Virus record (IMG/VR): IMGVR_UViG_3300012928_000004
Span: 1-62,298 of that record
From: a virus
Lineage: Duplodnaviria; Caudoviricetes
Direction: 5' to 3' (one strand)
Length of the DNA: 62,298 bases
Part shown: positions 28,601-37,732 of the stretch, piece after piece
Layout of the letters: each line of letters begins with the position of its first letter
How positions within the stretch are numbered: position 1 is the first letter of the stretch
Made by a program: the position numbers and the translations under genes
Notes under the pieces: model-generated
The model's input: only the letters and a program-made list of their open reading frames with translations
What the model was told of the DNA's origin: nothing
The model's database searches: none

Positions 28601-29612
28601 CGCTGCTGATGACAGCACTAATGGTATTGCTGCTACTAAGGTGTGGGAAGGTGGTAATCCTGTTAGCATGAAACACTTGGATGACAGTGACAATAATCAT
28701 CCTGGCTCAATCAATAGTAACTTCCCTGCCAATGGGTCTATCCGTGGTCATGATGTAAGTAATGAATTCAAATACCCAAGACGAGGGACCTATTCATCTA
28801 CTGCTGAATTGGATGGTTACATTGACACTGGTATCCTTGCTGAAGGTGTCGATGGATATGAAATGGATGCTGAGGAAGCAATCCAAGAGTTGACAGGTAA
28901 CTACAACCACCTCTTAGAAGAGTATCTAATTACTGACTTTGTTGGGACACATATAACCTATGATGACACTGAAGGGTCCAATTGTGTTGAGACATTTGAC
29001 AGATATAAACCTCTACCACTTGCACGTGGAGCACTTCCGTGGTATATTGCTGCAGGAGGCACCGATGACGAGGACTCAGGATTCTATAACTGCGTCACCG
29101 ATACACCAGGTTACTCCATAGGGTCACCAGTGACTTTTTATCATGACTATATACTTGACGGGCTCAAAGGAAAAGATGCCAACATGATTCAAGAACCTGC
29201 TAAGGTTAGAATCGGTATCACTTTCTATTCTTTAATGAATACCAACAATCAGACAAGGACTGCTAGCACAGGAAGATTTTATTACTGGCAAGCAGTTATC
29301 CATGTCCAAGATGTTATCGAGTCTGGAAAAGGATATGCAACTGGGATGGAGTTTGACCTCTTCTGGCCTCCTATCCGTGACAAACGGACAGAGAGAGCAG
29401 GGAGTCCTAACTATCCCGACGAATCAAATTCATATAGACTACCAAGGAAAAACTTGATAGCTTCATATGAAGATGAGGATGCTGTTGATAGGTTTGCTAA
29501 AGAAGTAATCTATCAAGATTCATCTGACACGGAGACTGCTCACTGGTATATGTGTAGCGACAAAAAGAAAGAGCGTGTCAGATTCAAAATTATTATTAAT
29601 GACGTAACCTAA
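25605..29612 (+). CDS. Large virion/structural protein with N-terminal RCY repeats and a DUF4114-like segment
   Basis: 1335 aa; late promoter; 4 RCY repeats; AGYDNSLGFY...FWEDLIDGDDDYDDL. Confidence 0.65.
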   Translation: MAGESIRSIVQRCYTAAQEAGVAIPLSQSDLDQLSIQAPASSGPLSPSQPAGSGPVAPPDPRDVIADLVGRCYGPGVIPNAPNTLDQDNPRPSIVPPAAVPDPMPGQVIRDVIGRCYPDGLIPLEDNPLDKDNPTPRTPEVPLTPDPTPNEVIQELVGRCYPDLGDLGLPPLPIDKDADFDGIEIDITDTIDWINDFVDIKFPFTGPIVTVPPDGPDGKTTVSIGKDGDQCLKVARLHSLGLLKKIDKDTYKHKETGEILKCEGFDEEDDPGWGRCVRKAVECMMRPYIGGQWLPPSPSCETYWPSGWSANKNEICIANCYPDRLAVYEHGLGSGNSTINVRFNHRNKNGMWKQTVMTTDTSGNNTRGFIRNEGGAQIFNSNYSGTFTTSSGGISVSVSVNAIPDGGDYDSEWKINSWSGSAPPGTTWTHNFNVGNNTAYLDFEVFGNVAGDTIYTTSATPPNGYSIQNNGQPIFHVLKEAIPGKTVPIFNYYSSSKTDSMLSTNPGAPDGPGAGERSYINTHGYIFQYVLGHGFITAADGLGYKRKTEDNIQPLVRLFDAPPWDHQACIDAEIPMDSPSRYKGKNSYRIPKKSRQDLRVTVDCEHGAAGYDNSLGFYLANDNGPQKAYIIVPSAKANKDQESIVVPIKDLEQYAGGTMGFFIVPDGDERNSYDRGDEFSINSHSNGHGAGFRGSGISSAENDYILFSDHRWNPEGGKDYTKWAGSGKQFWEDLIDGDDDYDDLKFYHIIEWRTENDNFDGVLCYVYEDAAPPKVTRPINPQVQCETRLLKSGFKDIVLQRQDCGSMTAGTEQYTIDYECGKCTGGYSNRMNQSQTIEVVTGGTFLFTSGGGITNGILGECTKFKIRVKKNGTQVYEKNWLASHWPPIGSAITGEIAVSAGDTLTFEVPEIINGGPNASVSPALHLYNSESSAYESSFSINLVTLNGDDVVAQSVGNPATNEQTNPNGEITGLAMQYKPSTASEFTWMPGSHKSESYHIAADDSTNGIAATKVWEGGNPVSMKHLDDSDNNHPGSINSNFPANGSIRGHDVSNEFKYPRRGTYSSTAELDGYIDTGILAEGVDGYEMDAEEAIQELTGNYNHLLEEYLITDFVGTHITYDDTEGSNCVETFDRYKPLPLARGALPWYIAAGGTDDEDSGFYNCVTDTPGYSIGSPVTFYHDYILDGLKGKDANMIQEPAKVRIGITFYSLMNTNNQTRTASTGRFYYWQAVIHVQDVIESGKGYATGMEFDLFWPPIRDKRTERAGSPNYPDESNSYRLPRKNLIASYEDEDAVDRFAKEVIYQDSSDTETAHWYMCSDKKKERVRFKIIINDVT
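25614..26090 (+). repeat. Protein-level repeat (V/I)xx(L/I/V)(V/I)xRCY x4 with Pro-rich linkers
   Basis: RCY codons at 25638, 25815, 25947, 26079 (spacings 59, 44, 44 aa). Confidence 0.8.
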
Positions 29613-29986
29613 TGAGTGGATTTGGAAAGACTGCTGCCGAGCGGTCCCTAGAGAAATCATCACGAGAGTTAAAAGCACTCCGTAAAATCATCGAAAGGTA
29701 TAAGGACGACCCGAAAGGGAAGCGTAAGATGCTGAAGAAAATGCAGAAGTATTGGAGAAGTAACCTGAGTATTGTGCAGGGTATGGATTCAAAACCTGGC
29801 ACCGATGTGATAAAATCTTTAGAGGAAGACTTGAATGCTGTATCTGAAGTGCTCGACCCACGTCAAGAGGTTGATGAAACAGAATCTAAAACAATCCTTA
29901 AGAAAGAGGATATGTCAGCAATCCGTGATATAATGTCTAAGACCCCTAGAGAGAATGCCAATGCTGAATCTGCACCAGAAATTTAA
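29612..29986 (+). CDS. Hypothetical protein
   Basis: 124-aa ORF. Confidence 0.65.
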   Translation: MSGFGKTAAERSLEKSSRELKALRKIIERYKDDPKGKRKMLKKMQKYWRSNLSIVQGMDSKPGTDVIKSLEEDLNAVSEVLDPRQEVDETESKTILKKEDMSAIRDIMSKTPRENANAESAPEI

Positions 29987-30188
29987 TCATTATAAACAAG
30001 ACGGTCGTCTGCTCGATGCCGAAACCCCTGAAAAGGTAGTCGCATACGGGTGGACAGACAACGGAGTGTCCATTGATGGCTATTATGTGTTGACAGAACG
30101 GCATACTCTCTACTATAATCTACAAGACCAGTTGAAAAGCAAGGTCGCTAGGCAGGACGTAACTGTCACAAGCTCTAGCGTTTCTTAA
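29961..30188 (+). CDS. Hypothetical protein
   Basis: MLNLHQKFNHY...VAYGW..GYYVLT. Confidence 0.6.
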   Translation: MLNLHQKFNHYKQDGRLLDAETPEKVVAYGWTDNGVSIDGYYVLTERHTLYYNLQDQLKSKVARQDVTVTSSSVS

Positions 30189-30267
30189 AATAAACTGGTA
30201 TAAATAAACATCGCGTGACCATTTGTTACGCAATGTAAACTCAATCAAATATCGAGGAAAAAACCAA

Positions 30268-30639
30268 ATGATTAAAATCGCAATCGCATCTGCCGCCGCA
30301 GCTGCTGCAATGGCTGCTCCGACCGTGGCGCTTGCTGGTCCCTACGTTAACGTGGAAACCAATGCAGGATGGACGGGTGATGACTACACTGGAGCAACCA
30401 CAGACGTGCACGTAGGGTATGAGGGACAACTTGGCACCGCTTCATACTATGTCCAAGGTGGTCCAGCAGTAGTTGCTGCTGATGGTGTTGATACTGAAAC
30501 TCGTTTCTCAGGTAAAGCAGGACTTGGTATTCCTGTGAGTGAGGCAGTCGGTGTGTATGGAGAGATGTCTTTCCTTACTGCAGACAAGTCTGACGACCTT
30601 GGAGTCGGTGGTAAGTTGGGTATTAAATACTCCTTCTGA
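30268..30639 (+). CDS. Small outer-membrane beta-barrel-like protein
   Basis: Signal peptide ending ALA; alternating beta pattern; C-terminal KLGIKYSF; GAGG RBS. Confidence 0.7.
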   Translation: MIKIAIASAAAAAAMAAPTVALAGPYVNVETNAGWTGDDYTGATTDVHVGYEGQLGTASYYVQGGPAVVAADGVDTETRFSGKAGLGIPVSEAVGVYGEMSFLTADKSDDLGVGGKLGIKYSF

Positions 30640-30656
30640 TACATAATATAAACAAT

Positions 30657-30680
30657 GGGGGATAGGGTCATCCCCCTTTA
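30657..30680 (+). terminator. Possible terminator
   Basis: GGGGGAT-AGGGTC-ATCCCCC-TTTA. Confidence 0.55.
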
Positions 30681-30693
30681 TTGATTTACTATT

Positions 30694-30942
30694 ATGAAAC
30701 GTCCAGGTAGCACAGCAATTTATACTAGAGCAGGATGTCCTTTCTGCACTAAGATTAAAGAAGTATACAAGAGTAAGGGATGGACATTCGCAGAGTTTGT
30801 CCTAGATAAAAACTTTACAAGAGAACAATTCTATGCCGAGTTTGGCAGGGGTGCCACCTTCCCTCAGATTATTGTTGCAGGACACAAACTAGGTGGTTGC
30901 ACTGAAACCGTGAAGTATTTACGAGAGAATTCCTATCTCTGA
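30694..30942 (+). CDS. nrdC: Glutaredoxin
   Basis: CPFC, TFPQI, LGGCTE. Confidence 0.92.
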   Translation: MKRPGSTAIYTRAGCPFCTKIKEVYKSKGWTFAEFVLDKNFTREQFYAEFGRGATFPQIIVAGHKLGGCTETVKYLRENSYL

Positions 30943-31301
30943 TGATGGCAGTAGAAAACAACAAAGAAGAGTTATACACGATCGTTGACCGTGCTTTAGA
31001 TGAAGCAATGACCAACGGTCGATTTCTTTTCAACATGTATAATTATCTGAAGGCAAGCAAGTGGACACGTAGAGCAGTTAATGATTTCATTGAATCATCT
31101 GTCGCCTCTGAGGTAAGTGACACTGTGCAAGAGTTAGATGATTACATTAAGGGTGGAGATAAGTTTATGCGTGAAGCGTATGGACACATCGATAAACCTA
31201 AGGCAAGAAAGATACGAAAGTATCTCTATGGTATACTTGAGGATGCTTGGAAGTATCATGCCGAGAGAAAACCAGGCAGACGTAAAAAAGTTACTAAATA
31301 A
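30942..31301 (+). CDS. Conserved cyanophage hypothetical protein
   Basis: EAYGHIDKPKARKIRKYL motif. Confidence 0.7.
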   Translation: MMAVENNKEELYTIVDRALDEAMTNGRFLFNMYNYLKASKWTRRAVNDFIESSVASEVSDTVQELDDYIKGGDKFMREAYGHIDKPKARKIRKYLYGILEDAWKYHAERKPGRRKKVTK

Positions 31302-31320
31302 AAATAGTTAAGAGGCACGT

Positions 31321-31560
31321 ATGGCAGACCTAAGTTTTCTTTATATCGCCTTCTTTCTAACCATCGGTAGTTTCCTCTTGGGTTCCATTGTATCTTGGAA
31401 TGTCAAGGGGATTTTTGATGAGTGGAGAGAAAAGGCAGACTATGCTGCAATGGTTGTACATCCTGAGATGTATGAGGATGGCGAGCCTGTGGACCCTAGG
31501 GACCTCTTGTACTTGCGTATTACCAATCCAGATGATATACTAGATGATGAAGATGAGTGA
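31321..31560 (+). CDS. Small membrane protein
   Basis: N-terminal TM; HPEMY motif; acidic tail. Confidence 0.65.
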   Translation: MADLSFLYIAFFLTIGSFLLGSIVSWNVKGIFDEWREKADYAAMVVHPEMYEDGEPVDPRDLLYLRITNPDDILDDEDE

Positions 31561-31566
31561 GTCGAA

Positions 31567-32442
31567 ATGATTCTTGTTGACATGAATCAGGTTTGCATTA
31601 GCAACCTGATGGTGACACTAACAAAGACTAACGAAATTGAAGAAGATTTGATTCGCCATATGGTTTTGAATTCCTTGAGGTTATACCGTAGGAAATTCAA
31701 GAAAGACTATGGCGAATTGATTTTGTGCTATGATAGTAAAAACTATTGGAGGCGCAGAGCATTCCCTTATTACAAGGGCACCCGTAAGAAGGACCGTCAA
31801 GCATCTAAACATGACTGGAATGCTATCTTTGAATTTCTTAATCGCATTCGCGATGAGTTGAAACAGTATCTACCATACAAAGTGGTAGAGGTAGACGGTG
31901 CTGAAGCAGATGATGTAATTGCTACACTGGTCAAAGACCAAGGTCAGCGTAACATCCGTCTGCAAAATAATATGCAACCAGCACAGAAGATTCTTATCCT
32001 ATCGGGTGACAAGGACTTCATTCAGTTGCATAAGTATCCGTTTGTCCACCAGTATAATCCTATTCAAAAGAAGTTTATGAATGGGGTTGACCCGAAGACA
32101 TACATTGCTGAGCACATCATGAAAGGTGACCGCTCAGATGGTATCCCTAACTTCCTGTCCTGTGATGATACATTTGTCTCAGGTAAACGTCAGCGTCCCT
32201 TAGGTAAAGCAAAGTTGTCTCGCTTTGTGGACATGGCACCAGAAGAGTTTACTGACCCTACTACTAGGGAGTATTATAATCGAAACAAGACACTAATTGA
32301 CTTCGATTATATCCCTGAGGAGGTATACGATTCTATTCTAAATACATTTGAGAATACAACACCCTCAATGAGGGGTAAGATGTATCCATATTTCATTCAA
32401 AACAAATTGAATGACCTTCTAGACAACATCACTGATTTTTAA
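31567..32442 (+). CDS. rnh: RNase H / 5'-3' exonuclease (T4 rnh)
   Basis: ILVD, YWRR..FPYYK, EADD, SGDKDF, GDRSDGIPN. Confidence 0.93.
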   Translation: MILVDMNQVCISNLMVTLTKTNEIEEDLIRHMVLNSLRLYRRKFKKDYGELILCYDSKNYWRRRAFPYYKGTRKKDRQASKHDWNAIFEFLNRIRDELKQYLPYKVVEVDGAEADDVIATLVKDQGQRNIRLQNNMQPAQKILILSGDKDFIQLHKYPFVHQYNPIQKKFMNGVDPKTYIAEHIMKGDRSDGIPNFLSCDDTFVSGKRQRPLGKAKLSRFVDMAPEEFTDPTTREYYNRNKTLIDFDYIPEEVYDSILNTFENTTPSMRGKMYPYFIQNKLNDLLDNITDF

Positions 32443-32444
32443 GT

Positions 32445-32882
32445 ATGAAACTTATGATTTCTGAGGTGCTTCGTAAAGCACACAATGCAAAGACCAAGGC
32501 AGAGAAAGTTAAAATCCTACAGGATAACAATACTCAAACGCTAAGGTCTATCTTCATCATTAACTTTGATGATAGTTTGGTCTCTCGTATCCCCGAAGGT
32601 GACGTTCCTTACACACCTAATGATGCACCTAAGGGCACAGAGCATACACTTCTTGAGAAGGAAGGTAGCAAACTATATTATTATTTCAAAGGCGGTGCAG
32701 ACAATCTTCCTACTATGAAGATTGAGACTATGTTTATCGCCCTCCTTGAAGGACTCCACAAGTCTGAAGCAGAAGTAGTTGTGCAAGCAATGAATAAAAC
32801 TCTGCACAAGAAATTCAGAATCACACAGGCAGTAGTCAAGGAAGCATTTCCATCTATCGAATGGGGTAAAAGAGGACGATGA
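32445..32882 (+). CDS. Conserved T4-like hypothetical protein
   Basis: PEGDVPY...ETMFIALLEGLH..EA; follows rnh. Confidence 0.75.
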   Translation: MKLMISEVLRKAHNAKTKAEKVKILQDNNTQTLRSIFIINFDDSLVSRIPEGDVPYTPNDAPKGTEHTLLEKEGSKLYYYFKGGADNLPTMKIETMFIALLEGLHKSEAEVVVQAMNKTLHKKFRITQAVVKEAFPSIEWGKRGR

Positions 32883-33136
32883 AAATCTTACAAGAAGCAT
32901 GTAGTCCAGAGGCAGCACTAGATAAATCTCTACCCTACAATGCGTACTTGGTGGAATATAAAGTTGATGGTAATATTACATTTGATATTACTACTAGCAG
33001 CAAACAAGTAGAAATGTTTGACTACTATTATGACAAATACAAAAAGGATTTTATCGGATGGAAACAAGCAGAGGGAAGAGTCAACCCGAAAATTTGGGGA
33101 GGACAATCAAAACCCGCGAAAGAAAAATCAAAATGA
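32879..33136 (+). CDS. Hypothetical protein
   Basis: LPYNAYLVEY..FDYYYDKY..GRVNPKIW. Confidence 0.7.
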   Translation: MKILQEACSPEAALDKSLPYNAYLVEYKVDGNITFDITTSSKQVEMFDYYYDKYKKDFIGWKQAEGRVNPKIWGGQSKPAKEKSK

Positions 33137-33417
33137 CACATGATGAAGTTTTCTTCGACCCTCGTAAGAAGGCCGAGCAAGAGGAGCAAGACTTAAAAGT
33201 GACACAGAATATGAGTAAAGAAGAGGAAGAACGCCTCGCTAATATTGCCACTGGTGGTATGGTTGTAGGTGCTATCACTCGGTTGTTTGTTGCACCTGCT
33301 GTGCTAATGTTTGTATGGAATATGGCAATGCCAACCATCGGTATCGCTACTATTGGATACTGGACAGCAATGGGTTTCTATATCATTGCTAACATTCTTT
33401 TCAGACACAATGACTGA
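33133..33417 (+). CDS. Hypothetical membrane protein
   Basis: Two hydrophobic segments. Confidence 0.6.
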   Translation: MTHDEVFFDPRKKAEQEEQDLKVTQNMSKEEEERLANIATGGMVVGAITRLFVAPAVLMFVWNMAMPTIGIATIGYWTAMGFYIIANILFRHND

Positions 33418-33532
33418 AAAAGAACCGTGGGAAACTGATGAGGAAGAATACTCTACCGTCCAAGAGGGTGGAGATATTCTTTTTGAAGACCCACCTCAAG
33501 TTAAATTAAAATTTCATGACTATGAAGGATGA
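33410..33532 (+). CDS. Small acidic hypothetical protein
   Basis: MTEKEPWETDEEEY...; overlaps both neighbours. Confidence 0.45.
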   Translation: MTEKEPWETDEEEYSTVQEGGDILFEDPPQVKLKFHDYEG

Positions 33533-33696
33533 CTAGACTATGGAGAATATGGAAGTATGCGTTAGGTAGTTTCTCTGATGAGAGGACCAAACGATATGAC
33601 AATTACATTGTTATAGTAAGAAGCTTAATATTCTTTTCTTATCTGGTTACTAATTGTTTTATTACTGCGGGTGTAATCCGCCACTGGAATAACTAA
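33529..33696 (+). CDS. Small membrane protein (55 aa)
   Basis: MTRLWRIWKYALGSFSDERTKRYDN...TNCFITAGVIRHWNN*; not in the ORF track; TAATG overlap with thyX. Confidence 0.7.
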   Translation: MTRLWRIWKYALGSFSDERTKRYDNYIVIVRSLIFFSYLVTNCFITAGVIRHWNN

Positions 33697-34397
33697 TGAC
33701 TAAAGTATGCTTAGTCAGTGTCACACCTGACGCTGAAAAAACTATGGGATATGTTGCTCGTGTAAGCAACCCCAACAACCAAGAAAACCCTAAGGTAGAG
33801 GGTCTTCTTAAGTATTGTATTAAACATGGTCACTGGAGCGTCTTTGAGCAGGCGTACATGACCCTTGAAATCAACACTAGCAGGGCAATCGGTGCTCAGA
33901 TTTTGAGGCATCGCTCATTCACATATCAAGAATTCTCACAGCGGTATGCTGATGCAGGTATGCTTGGTGATATTCCTCTGCCTGATTTGAGGAGACAAGA
34001 CTCCAAGAATAGACAGAATAGTATTGATGACATCGACCACGATACTAAACTGAAGTTTGAGGGTAAGATAGAGGAGCACTTCTTCCAAGCACAACACCTC
34101 TATAAAGAGATGCTAGATGAAGGTATTGCTAAGGAGTGTGCACGTGCTGTGCTTCCATTGGCAACACCAACACGTATCTATATGACAGGCTCAGTTAGAT
34201 CTTGGTTGCATTACATCACCCTGAGGACTGCTAACGGCACACAGAAAGAGCACATGGAGGTTGCAGACCTCTGTAAGCAGCACTTCATCTGTCAGTTTCC
34301 TATCGTTGCTAAGGCAATGGACTGGTGTCCTGAGGATGACTGTAAATGTGATGATGACTATGCTGATTGCTTGCAACCTGCGTTGCGTATTGACTAA
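33696..34397 (+). CDS. thyX: Flavin-dependent thymidylate synthase
   Basis: HWSVFE, QILRHRSFTYQEFSQRY, ECARAVLP. Confidence 0.95.
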   Translation: MTKVCLVSVTPDAEKTMGYVARVSNPNNQENPKVEGLLKYCIKHGHWSVFEQAYMTLEINTSRAIGAQILRHRSFTYQEFSQRYADAGMLGDIPLPDLRRQDSKNRQNSIDDIDHDTKLKFEGKIEEHFFQAQHLYKEMLDEGIAKECARAVLPLATPTRIYMTGSVRSWLHYITLRTANGTQKEHMEVADLCKQHFICQFPIVAKAMDWCPEDDCKCDDDYADCLQPALRID

Positions 34398-34585
34398 TGA
34401 CTACCAAACTAAGAGCACAAGTAAAATCTAGATGGTATTATATCTTCTGGGGTATCGCTACAGTATCTGTAGTCTCTGGACAGGTATACGTTGGTAATGG
34501 ATACAGAATGATGACGGAGCAGATGGTTAAGATAACCGAAACCTCCAATAAAATTTTTGAAGTGTTGAATCTAACTATAGAATGA
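34397..34585 (+). CDS. Small membrane hypothetical protein
   Basis: WYYIFWGIATVSVVSGQ. Confidence 0.6.
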   Translation: MTTKLRAQVKSRWYYIFWGIATVSVVSGQVYVGNGYRMMTEQMVKITETSNKIFEVLNLTIE

Positions 34586-35220
34586 GTTTCTTAGTACATA
34601 ATCTACCCCCAACTAATGTGTATGTCCGTAAGGAATATCTCTACGACCTAAAGAAAGGTCATGGAGAATTTACACCTGGCATATGGATATCAGTTAAGAG
34701 TGTAGAAGGTAAAGCATTATACTTTGAGACTATGTTGACAGAGTATGGTGCATTGTTTGACAAACTACCTTTGTCTGCATTCGTATGGAAGACAGAGTTA
34801 GATGAAGACCTATCCCTTGATACACTACAGTTGTGGGATTGTTTCGACTATAATATAACTGTCATTCAGAAACCACTCCTAGGACGTTGCTCTTTCTTTG
34901 GTAAGGACAAAAAGATGCACGCTGGCACCTACTTGTTTACAATAGATTCGTGTCACAGTGAGTCATCTACATTGGATATTAACTTCAGTGAGCATGACCC
35001 TGAGCACAAATCATTTAATGTGATACAATTAGATGGTGGGCAGTTTGCTGCTCAACCAAACAACAGAGTAATCTGGAAAGACATGAGTCTTATTCCAGAG
35101 AAAACAATACAACCTGACTTCAATGTCTGCAGTCAAAACTATAGAGTAGAGACATCAGATAAATGGTCAGTAGGACACTCGGATGAGTGGTCTTATAAAA
35201 CTTTAGATGAGGAAAATTAA
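34582..35220 (+). CDS. Conserved hypothetical protein
   Basis: VRKEYLYD, LQLWDCF, YLFTID, GQFAAQPNNR. Confidence 0.7.
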   Translation: MSFLVHNLPPTNVYVRKEYLYDLKKGHGEFTPGIWISVKSVEGKALYFETMLTEYGALFDKLPLSAFVWKTELDEDLSLDTLQLWDCFDYNITVIQKPLLGRCSFFGKDKKMHAGTYLFTIDSCHSESSTLDINFSEHDPEHKSFNVIQLDGGQFAAQPNNRVIWKDMSLIPEKTIQPDFNVCSQNYRVETSDKWSVGHSDEWSYKTLDEEN

Positions 35221-35450
35221 TGCCTACTTATCCCGTACTAAATACCAAAACAGGAGAGACTAAAGAACTCCACATGACTATGAAAGAATATTGTGATTGG
35301 AAGGATGCAAATCCTGACTGGGATAAAGACTGGTCCCAAGGGACTGGGGGTGTGACCTATGGTCAACCAAAACAATCCGATGGTTTCAAAGAAGTCATGA
35401 GCAGGGTGCAAGAAAATCATCCTGGTGCTAATCTGAGTCAATACACCTAA
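35220..35450 (+). CDS. Conserved hypothetical protein upstream of phoH
   Basis: MPTYPV.N.KTGE...NPDWDKDW. Confidence 0.7.
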   Translation: MPTYPVLNTKTGETKELHMTMKEYCDWKDANPDWDKDWSQGTGGVTYGQPKQSDGFKEVMSRVQENHPGANLSQYT

Positions 35451-36205
35451 TGCCTAGAAAGAAAACCTCACCGAGCTCCAATTCATCCACGTCCTACGCA
35501 GCAAAGAAGATGAAGAGACGCAAACCTATTAATCTGGACCACCTTAAGGTTGTCGAACCGCTGACTCCTAATCAGGAGACTGTGTTTGAAGCGTATGGTG
35601 AAGGCAAAAACCTTGTGCTTCATGGTGCAGCAGGGACAGGTAAGACTTTTATCTCCTTGTATCTTGCACTGCAACAGGTGCTAGACCCTGAGTCACCATA
35701 TGAAAAAGTTTATATGGTAAGGTCACTCGTCCCTACAAGAGAGATTGGTTTCCTGCCAGGAGACCATGAGGACAAATCAAACTTGTATCAGATTCCATAT
35801 AAAAATATGGTGAAGTATATGTTTGAGATGCCAGATGACAATGCTTTTGAGGCACTATACGATAACCTTAGAGCACAGGAGACTGTATCATTCTGGTCAA
35901 CTTCATTCATCAGGGGTGTCACCCTTGACAAGTGCATTATAATTGTAGATGAGTTTAGTAATCTCAACTTCCATGAGCTTGATTCTATTATCACTCGTGT
36001 CGGTGAAGATGCTAAGATTATTTTCTCTGGTGACTACACACAGTCTGACCTTATCAAATCTAACGAGCGTAATGGAGTCCTTGACTTCATGAAAATCCTA
36101 CAGTCTATGCCTTCATTTGAATGCGTAGAGTTTGGTATCGAAGATATTGTAAGGTCTGGTTTAGTCAGAGAGTATCTTGTTTCCAAAATCAATATGGGAT
36201 TTTAA
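35450..36205 (+). CDS. phoH: PhoH-like ATPase
   Basis: GAAGTGKT, REIGFLPG, SFIRG, IIVDE, GDYTQSD. Confidence 0.95.
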   Translation: MPRKKTSPSSNSSTSYAAKKMKRRKPINLDHLKVVEPLTPNQETVFEAYGEGKNLVLHGAAGTGKTFISLYLALQQVLDPESPYEKVYMVRSLVPTREIGFLPGDHEDKSNLYQIPYKNMVKYMFEMPDDNAFEALYDNLRAQETVSFWSTSFIRGVTLDKCIIIVDEFSNLNFHELDSIITRVGEDAKIIFSGDYTQSDLIKSNERNGVLDFMKILQSMPSFECVEFGIEDIVRSGLVREYLVSKINMGF

Positions 36206-36867
36206 TGTTTAATATTATTGGCACACCTACACCTCTCGATGAGTTAGAGAGTAGGACTCTTAATCATGGACGCTTCTATAAAATAGAAGACATCTGGGTG
36301 CCCAGTGTTACAACTGTGGTGGGATTACAATCTAAGCAAGGTATACTTGACTGGGAGAAGAGAGTAGGGTATACTGAAGCTGAGCGTGTCCGCCGTGCAG
36401 CGTCATGGAGAGGCACGAAGTATCATACTATCGTGGAGCACTATCTTAAGAATGAATTGGAGAAAGTTGAGAAGAGCGAAGGTCATCCCGCATACCTTTT
36501 TAGGGCTGCTCGTAAGACTCTTGATCGTATTTCTGATATTCATGTTCTTGAAGCCCCTCTTTTTTCTCGTCGCTTATACATTGCTGGTCGTGTTGATTGC
36601 ATTGCTAAGTTTGATGGTGAGTTAGCAGTCATTGACTTCAAGACAACCAACAGTCTAAAGAAAGAAGAATACCTTGAAAAGTATTTCGTGCAGGAAGCAG
36701 CATATGCTTACATGTATTACGAGATGACTGGTGTAGAGGTAGACAAACTCGTGACTCTTTCCGTTGCAGAGGACGGACAGATGCAAGTCGTAGAGAAGTA
36801 TGATAAAGTGCCTTACATCAACACTCTGATTGATTGGATTCACGAATACCGAGAGTCGATTAAATGA
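36205..36867 (+). CDS. PD-(D/E)XK exonuclease
   Basis: PSVTT, RGTKYH, AGRVDCI, IDFKT, QEAAY. Confidence 0.85.
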   Translation: MFNIIGTPTPLDELESRTLNHGRFYKIEDIWVPSVTTVVGLQSKQGILDWEKRVGYTEAERVRRAASWRGTKYHTIVEHYLKNELEKVEKSEGHPAYLFRAARKTLDRISDIHVLEAPLFSRRLYIAGRVDCIAKFDGELAVIDFKTTNSLKKEEYLEKYFVQEAAYAYMYYEMTGVEVDKLVTLSVAEDGQMQVVEKYDKVPYINTLIDWIHEYRESIK

Positions 36868-37487
36868 AAGATACATTCCTTGGCATACCCTTCTATAGAT
36901 TCTATTATAAAGGAGACATAAAGGCAGTCGAGGAAGCATGTCATCGCCTAAACTATCGTCACAATGATTGTAATTGGATTTGGGATGGTGTCCAACTTGA
37001 TGGCACCTCTGGCAGTGACTTACATACACTACCAGAATTCAAAAGACTCTTTGATTGGATAGATGAGTGCTTAGCATTCGTTGCCAATGACATTGGTATG
37101 CCCAATCGTCTCAAGATTAATGCCTCTTGGTCCAATCTAAATAAAACAGGTGATTATTTCTATGACCATACACATGCTAACTGCTTTGTTAGTAGTAACT
37201 ACTATGTGAATGGGTCAGAAGAAACAAAAACCGTATGGCATTTACCTAATCCTTGGTTTAACCAAACCAATATCTGGCCTTGGGGTCAGTGGTCTGAGGA
37301 AAAGTTTTTCCTTACCCATGAAGAACCTACAGAGCCAGGCAAGTATATTGTTTTCCCACCTATGATTAGACACAGAGCAACACCTAATACATCTGAAGAG
37401 GACCGTATTACTATTGCTGCAAACGCATTCCCTGATGGTTTAATTAATGCATCAGGTGTTTCCCATCTAAACGTTAAGGTGTTATAA
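36864..37487 (+). CDS. Putative 2OG-Fe(II) oxygenase (HxH type)
   Basis: SWSN, HTHAN, SSNYY, FPPMIRH, RITIAAN. Confidence 0.8.
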   Translation: MKDTFLGIPFYRFYYKGDIKAVEEACHRLNYRHNDCNWIWDGVQLDGTSGSDLHTLPEFKRLFDWIDECLAFVANDIGMPNRLKINASWSNLNKTGDYFYDHTHANCFVSSNYYVNGSEETKTVWHLPNPWFNQTNIWPWGQWSEEKFFLTHEEPTEPGKYIVFPPMIRHRATPNTSEEDRITIAANAFPDGLINASGVSHLNVKVL

Positions 37488-37732
37488 TGAAAGAAATTGA
37501 AGAAAAATTTATGACTCAAGGTAAATTTACCTCACTCGTGGAGTCACGAGTAAAAGATAGTCAGGGTCTTATCAATTATATCGAAGCAGTTACATCTATA
37601 TGTGATGAGTTTGAGATAGAGGTGGAGACTGTGAGTAAACTAATCAGCAAACCATTGAAGGATAAAATCAAATGGGATGCTCAACAACTTAATTACATTA
37701 AACGAACCAGTAGAGGAGTGCTCCCCCTATGA
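37487..37732 (+). CDS. gp33: Late transcription co-activator gp33
   Basis: NYIEAV..C...EIE.ETVSKLISKPLKDKIK.DA..LN. Confidence 0.85.
   Translation: MKEIEEKFMTQGKFTSLVESRVKDSQGLINYIEAVTSICDEFEIEVETVSKLISKPLKDKIKWDAQQLNYIKRTSRGVLPL

Noticed and set aside
36205-36867. Cas4/CRISPR system
   Set aside because: Ordinary phage PD-(D/E)XK exonuclease; no repeat-spacer array or other cas genes in the window
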